Notes under the pieces: generated by a model
Told to the model about the DNA's origin: nothing
Database searches by the model: none
Seen by the model: the letters and a program-made list of their open reading frames with translations, nothing else
Translations under genes and position numbers: made by a program
Source: a virus
Lineage: Duplodnaviria > Caudoviricetes
Strand: one strand, 5' to 3'
IMG/VR virus record: IMGVR_UViG_3300021560_000002
Span: 1 to 61,372 of that record
DNA length: 61,372 nt
Shown here: piece by piece, positions 55,213-61,372 of the stretch
How positions within the stretch are numbered: the first letter of the stretch is position 1
Layout: every line of letters begins with the position of its first letter

Positions 55213-57201
55213 ATGGGAGCAACGCCAACGCCGCCGATCATGGAAACTGAGTCCGGGTTGCCCCCGGCTCCGGCAGCGACCGTTCCGTCGGCGTCGGCCC
55301 CGGCAGCTCCGGCTGCTCCCGCTGCGCTCGCCGCTCCCGTCCAATCCATCCCGCTCGACAAGAAGGAACGTATCACGGCTCTCCTACAAGGCCGCGTCCT
55401 GAACGCCGTAACGGGGATGCCATCGTCGAAGCTCTCCGACACCATCCAGCAGCACTATCAGCAGCGCATCGCCGAAGCGAGGATGCACCAGCAGAACGCA
55501 CAGACGCTGGCGAGCATTCTAGCGACCGGCCGCGACCCGAAAACCGGAGCCGCGCTGACGCCGGAGCAGGAAGCAGAGTATCAACATCAGTACGACGCAG
55601 CGATGGCGGCGTATCAGAAAGCCGCAGGCGTCGACAAAGCGTCCAAGGAGCATGTTAACAAGGCGAAGCAGTTCGTCGATCACATCATCACGTTGGGGCG
55701 GCAGCGTCGCGCGCAGGCGGGGACGACGGTGGGTCCAGGAGGCTCAGCCGCTGCGGCCCCGGCAGGCGCGGTGTCCGGCGCTGCCTCTCCTGCGGCTGTC
55801 AAAGATCCCGGCATGGGAGGACTGCCACCAGCGCCTGCCGGGACACCTGCAACGACGACTTCGATTCCCGGATCCCAGCAATCGGCGCTTCCGCCAGCGC
55901 CAGAGCCGACAATGACGGCGCAGCAGGCTCTCGCCGTGCCAGAACTCCAACGCGAGATGACATCGCAGAACGCCATCGCCGACAAGGTAGCCGAGCAGAA
56001 GGCCGTCGGCGCGGAATCGCTTGCCGAGCGACGCCAATCCGCCCAAGCCGCAGGACTGCAACCGGGCACTCGCGAGTACGAGGAGTTCCTCGCAACCGGC
56101 AAGTTCCCGACGGGTACATCTTTCCGTCCGCAGGTGCTGTCAAAACAGGTTTCCGGCGCTGACCTAATCAAAGCCGACCCCTCGCTGCGCACGGTGACGG
56201 GCGAAGCGCTAGATCCGGCTGGCCGCTACGACGTAGTGAACGATCCCGCATCCGGGACGCGCTATGCGACGCCGTCGGGAATGTTTGCGTCACAACTAGC
56301 TGCGCCGAAAGCTGTGGGCGAGGCTGGCGGTCCGCCCGTCGGTATTACGCGCAACGGCAAGTTCCTGCAGCCGGGGGACGCCGAGTGGGCGCCTGCTGAC
56401 CAGAAGCAGCTCGACGCCATGCGCAAGAGCTACGACGAGGCCAACGCGGCCAAGGACCGGAGGATGGCCATCTCCGCGCGCGTCCGCGCCGACGCTTATG
56501 CTCGCAGCCGCGTCGTCAGCGTCATCGACAAGGACACCGGAGAACTTGTCGAGACCACCGCCGCTGACGTTGCCTCTAATCCCTCGAAATACGCTGGAGC
56601 GTCCACCGCCGTCCAAGCGATGCAACGCGACGCCATTTTCCAAGAGATCGGCACGTCCGCCGACATCCTCCAGAAGTCGATCAACGACCTCGGAGACTCG
56701 GCATTCGACGCCTCCTCGCGCGCGCAGATGGCAACGGTGTTGCGCGACGCAGACCCGCGATCAGCGCTATCCACCTTCCTGAACTCCACCGCGGCGTCTA
56801 CGCTTACCGACCAGCAGGTAGCCTACGTGACTGCGCTTGCCAATCTCGAGGAGTCGGCGATGTCGCTGCGCACCGTCGCTGGCATGGGCCAAGGCTCAGA
56901 CATGCTGCGCAGCGCGATCGTCGGGATGCTGCCGGGAGCAGCGACGCCGTCTCGCGCCTACGCCAACCGCCAGTTGAGCCTATTCCGCACGCAGGTTGGC
57001 CAGCTGCACAAGGGGCTCCCTGGACTCGGAGCGACGGTGCGTCGCGGCAATCTGCCGAATGCTCCCGCTACCTCCACGCAACTCCCCGACGGCGGAGGCA
57101 AAACTCTTGACGCCATGACTGCCAAGCAATTCCTCGACGCCGCTGGCGGGGATAAAGACGCCGCGCGCAAACTAGCCAAGCAGCATAACTGGAAGTTCTA
57201 G
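55213..57201 (+). CDS. Putative internal virion/ejection protein
   Basis: 662 aa, Ala/Gln-rich helical; ends AGGDKDAARKLAKQHNWKF. Confidence 0.65.
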   Translation: MGATPTPPIMETESGLPPAPAATVPSASAPAAPAAPAALAAPVQSIPLDKKERITALLQGRVLNAVTGMPSSKLSDTIQQHYQQRIAEARMHQQNAQTLASILATGRDPKTGAALTPEQEAEYQHQYDAAMAAYQKAAGVDKASKEHVNKAKQFVDHIITLGRQRRAQAGTTVGPGGSAAAAPAGAVSGAASPAAVKDPGMGGLPPAPAGTPATTTSIPGSQQSALPPAPEPTMTAQQALAVPELQREMTSQNAIADKVAEQKAVGAESLAERRQSAQAAGLQPGTREYEEFLATGKFPTGTSFRPQVLSKQVSGADLIKADPSLRTVTGEALDPAGRYDVVNDPASGTRYATPSGMFASQLAAPKAVGEAGGPPVGITRNGKFLQPGDAEWAPADQKQLDAMRKSYDEANAAKDRRMAISARVRADAYARSRVVSVIDKDTGELVETTAADVASNPSKYAGASTAVQAMQRDAIFQEIGTSADILQKSINDLGDSAFDASSRAQMATVLRDADPRSALSTFLNSTAASTLTDQQVAYVTALANLEESAMSLRTVAGMGQGSDMLRSAIVGMLPGAATPSRAYANRQLSLFRTQVGQLHKGLPGLGATVRRGNLPNAPATSTQLPDGGGKTLDAMTAKQFLDAAGGDKDAARKLAKQHNWKF

Positions 57202-57215
57202 GGCAGAAGACGACG

Positions 57216-58730
57216 ATGCCGCTACCCGCCGCTCCCCAACAGTCCGGCTCACAGGACGTATTCGACAAGGTCGCCGGAGCGTCCGCCGCTCCCGCCGCTC
57301 CCGCGGCTAAGAGCGGCGACGTCTTCGACCAAGCCGCAACTGCGGCGCCACAGCCGCAGGGAGCCGCGGTGCCGACCGCCGACGCTCCGTTCACCGAAGA
57401 CGAACGCCGCCGCGCGACCTCCGCGCTCCGCTGGACCGAAAACAAGGCCGTCGCTAGCGGCCGCGTCCCGCCGTCTGAATCCGACATCGCCGATTACATC
57501 CACGCCGAGCGCAGAGGGGAGATTCCGCAGACGCGCGGAGCCGCCGTCGCCAAGACCGCCGCGCGCACCGGCTCTGCGATGATCCCCATGGTCGGAGGCA
57601 TCGTCGGCGGCCCCGAGGGATTCGCCGCAGGCACCGCCGCCGACTCTATCATCCAAGACCTGATCAGCGGCAAGAAGGCAGACGTCAACAAAGCCGCCAC
57701 GGACACTGCGGTCGCCCTCGCCGCTGGCAAGATCACCGAGGGTGCGCTGAACTTGATCGGCCGTGCGGCGTTGCGGATGCCTCCGGTGCAGAAGGCCGTC
57801 GAGGGGATCTTCCGCGCTCTGCCTTCGGACCATCCCGACTATCGTGGACACGTCGTAGCCTCGCTTTGGGACTTACAGCAGATGGCGAAGAACGGAACGA
57901 TCCCCGAGCGCGCCGCCGGCGGCATCGTCAACCCCGAGATGTACTTCCGGCAGATGTCATCGGCTATCGACACCCGCCTCCAGCAGATGTACAACACGGA
58001 GTACTTTCCGCAGATTCAAGTCGCCGCACGTGAAGGACTCGGTGTGCAGTTGACTGAGCATCCAGACGTTTTGCGTCAAGCCTTGCGGCACGTTGCACGC
58101 AGTGAGGACGCCGACTCTCCTGTGCGTACGCTTGCTCTGCGGCTGATGGAAAATCCCAATCAGCGCATCCCAATCGAAGACGCCGCAGCTTTAGACAAGT
58201 CTGTGAACGCCCATCTGCGAACTCTCCAAGCAGCATCAGGCGAACAGCGCTATGTAAAGATGATGAAGTCAGCCACGCTTTCCTCGCTTGATCGCTTGGA
58301 CACCGATCTCGGCAACCTTATCAACTCACGACTCCAAGACATCGACCAGCCTGGCATCCGCAGCTACGGGCGTCGGTACGCCGCGCTCTCCGCTCTCAAA
58401 TCAGAGTTGGAATCACAGAAGAACGCCCTCGAGCGGATGCGTAAAATTCCGTCGGCTACGGAGATTGCAACCTCTAAGGGTCGGGCGCTAAAGAAAGTCG
58501 TAGGTGGAAATCCCGGCGCGCAGCTTGAGGATGCTATTAACATCCTCCGCCAAATGCCAGACCTCCAAGCTGCGGCGATTGGCGCTCGCCCGGTCGTCTA
58601 CAACGCCGAAGATGCAGGAACAGCGCCGATCCGCTCCGCCCGGCGGCCTATTGAAGACATCACGCGCGGCGGGGGCCGAGGCGCTCCCGTCCGATCGGCT
58701 CTTCCGCCTCCGCCCCCGACGACGCAGTGA
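57216..58730 (+). CDS. Putative internal virion/ejection protein
   Basis: Repeated DVFD motif, Gly-rich hydrophobic hairpin (VGGIVGGPEGFAAG). Confidence 0.65.
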   Translation: MPLPAAPQQSGSQDVFDKVAGASAAPAAPAAKSGDVFDQAATAAPQPQGAAVPTADAPFTEDERRRATSALRWTENKAVASGRVPPSESDIADYIHAERRGEIPQTRGAAVAKTAARTGSAMIPMVGGIVGGPEGFAAGTAADSIIQDLISGKKADVNKAATDTAVALAAGKITEGALNLIGRAALRMPPVQKAVEGIFRALPSDHPDYRGHVVASLWDLQQMAKNGTIPERAAGGIVNPEMYFRQMSSAIDTRLQQMYNTEYFPQIQVAAREGLGVQLTEHPDVLRQALRHVARSEDADSPVRTLALRLMENPNQRIPIEDAAALDKSVNAHLRTLQAASGEQRYVKMMKSATLSSLDRLDTDLGNLINSRLQDIDQPGIRSYGRRYAALSALKSELESQKNALERMRKIPSATEIATSKGRALKKVVGGNPGAQLEDAINILRQMPDLQAAAIGARPVVYNAEDAGTAPIRSARRPIEDITRGGGRGAPVRSALPPPPPTTQ

Positions 58731-59857
58731 CCAGCTTCGACTTCACCCTCACCGCCCGCTCGCTCTCGGATTGGCAGACGTGCCGCCGCCGCGCTCTGCT
58801 CTCCGCCGACTACTCCGTGCTCCGTCCGCGGCCCAAGGCTGTCTTCGACCGCCTGCTGCGGGAGGGCGTCGCTGCCATCGGCCGCGGCGAGGACGCTTCC
58901 GCTGTCGCCGCGACGCTCCGCGCCGACTTCCTCGATGCCGCGCGTTCTCCGGGACTCGACCTCTGCTCGGGGTCGAACGTCTACGCCATCGCTAAGGACT
59001 GGACGACGATGCTGACGACGGTGCTGTTGTCCGTCGCTCGAGGCTCGGTCGCCGTCACCCACGCCGTCCAGCCCGTGCGCCTTGCCCCGTCGCTGGTCTG
59101 GCAGCCGTCGTCTCCCGCCGACGACTCCGGCGAGCTTCACCGCTGGATCACCGCCGCTGACTTCTCGCCCGACGACCTTGCGCGCGAACTGCACGGCTGG
59201 ACGGTGTTCGGCGACTTGGCGGTGCTTCGCGTTCCGCTGACCCTCCATGTCGTCCTCACCGGCAGCGTTCGCAACGGCCGGCGCTACTCCCCTTGGACGC
59301 GCATCTTCCGTCACCCAGGTCTGCCGCACATGAACCCGCATTTCGTGGCGAAGTCGGGCGCACCCCTGCGCCAATGGAAGCCGGAGTGGTTGTCAGACGC
59401 CGCTTATCCCGACTACGACGCTTGGGTCGAGCAGATGCACAAGGAGGGAGTGGCTGACTCGCTCATCCGCGTCTATCGCGTCAACGTTCCCTCCGACGCC
59501 GTCTGCGCTACGGCCGTCCGGCAGATCATCGAGGAATCGTTCGCGTTGCGCGTGGCGCTGGAGAATCGCGGCGAGGATGCTGCGTCGTCCGCCGTGCGGC
59601 GGCCGTGGTCGGCGTGGCCGATGTCCCGCGGCGCCTGCGACGGAATCGTCCCGTGCCCGTGGCAGGAGTGCTGTCACGCCGAGGGAGCCGTCGAGCCTGC
59701 GGCGACGGGACTCTATGAGCTGCGGACTCAGTCGGCGATGTCGCCGACGACGCTCAGAGTCTTGTCGTCGGACGCAGCGACCAGTTCCCGCACGGCTCGC
59801 GGCATGATGACGCAGCCTTCCGACGCCGTGCCGGGCTCCGTCACGCTGTCACCATGA
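58727..59857 (+). CDS. Degenerate Cas4/AddB-like protein
   Basis: SLSDWQTCRRRA...ACDGIVPCPWQECC, same 1+3 Cys frame as 8614-10287 but no PD..(D/E)xK. Confidence 0.6.
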   Translation: MTSFDFTLTARSLSDWQTCRRRALLSADYSVLRPRPKAVFDRLLREGVAAIGRGEDASAVAATLRADFLDAARSPGLDLCSGSNVYAIAKDWTTMLTTVLLSVARGSVAVTHAVQPVRLAPSLVWQPSSPADDSGELHRWITAADFSPDDLARELHGWTVFGDLAVLRVPLTLHVVLTGSVRNGRRYSPWTRIFRHPGLPHMNPHFVAKSGAPLRQWKPEWLSDAAYPDYDAWVEQMHKEGVADSLIRVYRVNVPSDAVCATAVRQIIEESFALRVALENRGEDAASSAVRRPWSAWPMSRGACDGIVPCPWQECCHAEGAVEPAATGLYELRTQSAMSPTTLRVLSSDAATSSRTARGMMTQPSDAVPGSVTLSP

Positions 59858-60105
59858 ATCAGGAATCCCGCGCGCCCGAACATCTCGTTGTCCGCCGATG
59901 GCGACAGCGGCAGCACGAACGGCCCGTGCGTCAGCGTATCCTTCGGAGGGCCAATCGTATACGTCCCGGCGGGAATCGGCCCGACGTTGTGCTCTGCCTG
60001 CGCGGCTGGATCGTTCTTGCCGTCCCCCGCGCCTGAGTATCCCGTGGCGACGACGTCCCCAGCTGGAGACGTCAGTCGCCCGGTGCGTTGTTCGTAGGTC
60101 CACAT
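59728..60105 (-). CDS. Tlde1/DUF2778 L,D-transpeptidase-fold peptidoglycan enzyme (endolysin candidate)
   Basis: MWTYEQ.TG, GYSG, GPIPAG.Y, GRAGFLIHGD......ASEGCV. Confidence 0.85.
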   Translation of the reverse strand: MWTYEQRTGRLTSPAGDVVATGYSGAGDGKNDPAAQAEHNVGPIPAGTYTIGPPKDTLTHGPFVLPLSPSADNEMFGRAGFLIHGDSVTEPGTASEGCVIMPRAVRELVAASDDKTLSVVGDIAD

Positions 60106-60121
60106 GAGGAGGGCGCGCGGA

Positions 60122-60517
60122 CTACGGAGCCAGGGTGGTTGTCGGCGCGGGCTTCGTCGTTGTCGCTGGAGAGGACGTCGCCGTCGCCCCGATCGCCGCC
60201 TTCGCCGACGCAATCACCGCGCGAATATCGGTGACGACTCCCTCGTTCAACTGCACGTTCAGTCCGTTCGACGCCGATGCTTGCCCCAGATCCTCCACCG
60301 CCTGCGCAACCTGGTTCATCACGGTGTCGGTGACGTCGAACGCCTTCTGCGAGTTCGGCAGCAGCCCCTCGAGCACAGGCTTCACCGCCTGCTCGACGGT
60401 CGAGATGCCGGAGACGACAACCGGAGCTTCCACGGCCGCCTTCTCGAACCACGTCTTGACTTCCCCGCCGACTTTCTTAAAATCAGTAAACAGCGTGCCT
60501 AGTATTGACATCGTCAT
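60122..60517 (-). CDS. Hypothetical amphipathic protein (lysis module)
   Basis: AAGGA SD; between the TM/coiled-coil gene and Tlde1. Confidence 0.65.
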   Translation of the reverse strand: MTMSILGTLFTDFKKVGGEVKTWFEKAAVEAPVVVSGISTVEQAVKPVLEGLLPNSQKAFDVTDTVMNQVAQAVEDLGQASASNGLNVQLNEGVVTDIRAVIASAKAAIGATATSSPATTTKPAPTTTLAP

Positions 60518-60660
60518 CTACTTCCTTTCTTGGTATATTTGGCTCTATGAGCCTCTTTGTACCTCTTCATGCGTCCATCTATAGCGTAGCTTCTATTTCT
60601 GAGTCTTCGGCATTCCTTGCATTGTCGTATATAGTCGCCACCAAGTAGTCTCTTTGTCCG
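60514..60660 (-). pseudogene. Start-less low-GC fragment, probable HNH endonuclease C-terminal remnant
   Basis: Frame reads RTKRLLGGDYIRQCKECRRLRNRSY...KKGSR* after an in-frame TGA; the stop overlaps the next ATG. Confidence 0.4.
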
Positions 60661-60669
60661 TCACCGTGT

Positions 60670-61335
60670 CTACCATCCGAAGAACTTTCCTACCAGCCTG
60701 ACCGCTTCCTCCGCCAGCCACTTGAGCTTAGACGGCGGCGTCGTCAGCGCCTTCAACTCGTAATCCGCGGCTTTGCGCGCGTCGGACATGGTCGCGGCCA
60801 GGTCCACCGACGCCGTCTGCGCGTTGTGCGTCGTCGCAGCCACCGCATCGAGCGACTGCCTGACCTGTGCGCCGCCGACGGTCTCTGCCGCTGCACGCAG
60901 CGTCGCTGTTGTTTGATTGGTAATCCCAGCGACTGACAGCGTCACCGTATCGGCCAGTCCCGCGAGTTTCTTCTCGTCGTCAGCGGCTCCGGCTAGCACC
61001 TCAGCGGCATTGGAGTCCTCGCGGCTGATGGCGACTGCCGCCGCCGACAGTACCTGCCGCGCCTGCTCCGCGACGCCGTGCACATCCGCCGCCTGCTGCG
61101 CAAACGCCTTCTGTTCGGCGAGGGCGACGTGGCGGGTAGCGTCGGCCAGTCCCGCGACCTCCGCCTCTGTCCGCGTCGTGTTGACCTCAATCGCCTCAAC
61201 CGACGCCAAGGCCGACTGCGTGGCCGACGACAGCGCCGCGGACTCGCGCCGCAGATCCACGACCAACAGGACTAGGAAGATACAGACCAGCGTCGCCGCC
61301 GTACGCAGCACCGCCGTCAGGATGTCGTTAAGCAT
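60670..61335 (-). CDS. Membrane-anchored coiled-coil protein (i-spanin-like candidate)
   Basis: N-terminal TM then long Ala-rich helix; its ATG overlaps the polA end across the circular junction. Confidence 0.6.
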   Translation of the reverse strand: MLNDILTAVLRTAATLVCIFLVLLVVDLRRESAALSSATQSALASVEAIEVNTTRTEAEVAGLADATRHVALAEQKAFAQQAADVHGVAEQARQVLSAAAVAISREDSNAAEVLAGAADDEKKLAGLADTVTLSVAGITNQTTATLRAAAETVGGAQVRQSLDAVAATTHNAQTASVDLAATMSDARKAADYELKALTTPPSKLKWLAEEAVRLVGKFFGW

Positions 61336-61372
61336 GCGCAAGGGAGGAATCCGCGGCGACCGTAGCACAACC
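61250..61372. repeat. Terminal direct repeat, right copy
   Basis: Identical to 1-123. Confidence 0.97.

Overview
The window is an apparently complete, circularly assembled genome (about 61,249 bp unit; bases 1-123 equal 61250-61372) of a GC-rich, podovirus-like dsDNA phage. The host is possibly an Acidobacterium, which is a weak inference from the style of the secreted proteins. The left arm (minus strand, wrapping through the contig end) carries many small early genes including an Acb2/Tad1-like anti-defence candidate, a PD-(D/E)XK exonuclease/Sak4/SSB recombination module, a Pif1 helicase, a UDG-PolA fusion, and then lysis-like genes (Tlde1/DUF2778). An inverted AAA_25 helicase gene is followed by a GGGAC-iteron origin candidate. 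The right arm (plus strand) carries terminase, portal, scaffold, major capsid, adaptors, a TPR-glycosyltransferase and methyltransferase pair, fibres/adhesins, a tail stabilization protein and ejection proteins. No integrase, primase, tRNA or CRISPR array was recognised. Two things stand out. (1) All six fibre/adhesin/depolymerase-type proteins start with Sec-type signal peptides and are rich in paired cysteines, while core virion proteins are not; this suggests receptor-binding parts fold in the periplasm and are added to the virion at or after lysis. (2) The PolA keeps its catalytic Asp/Lys residues, but the nascent-base-pair pocket (equivalents of Klenow R668, E710, Y766, N845, Q849) is substituted throughout. 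All family calls come from motif recognition by eye, not from database searches.
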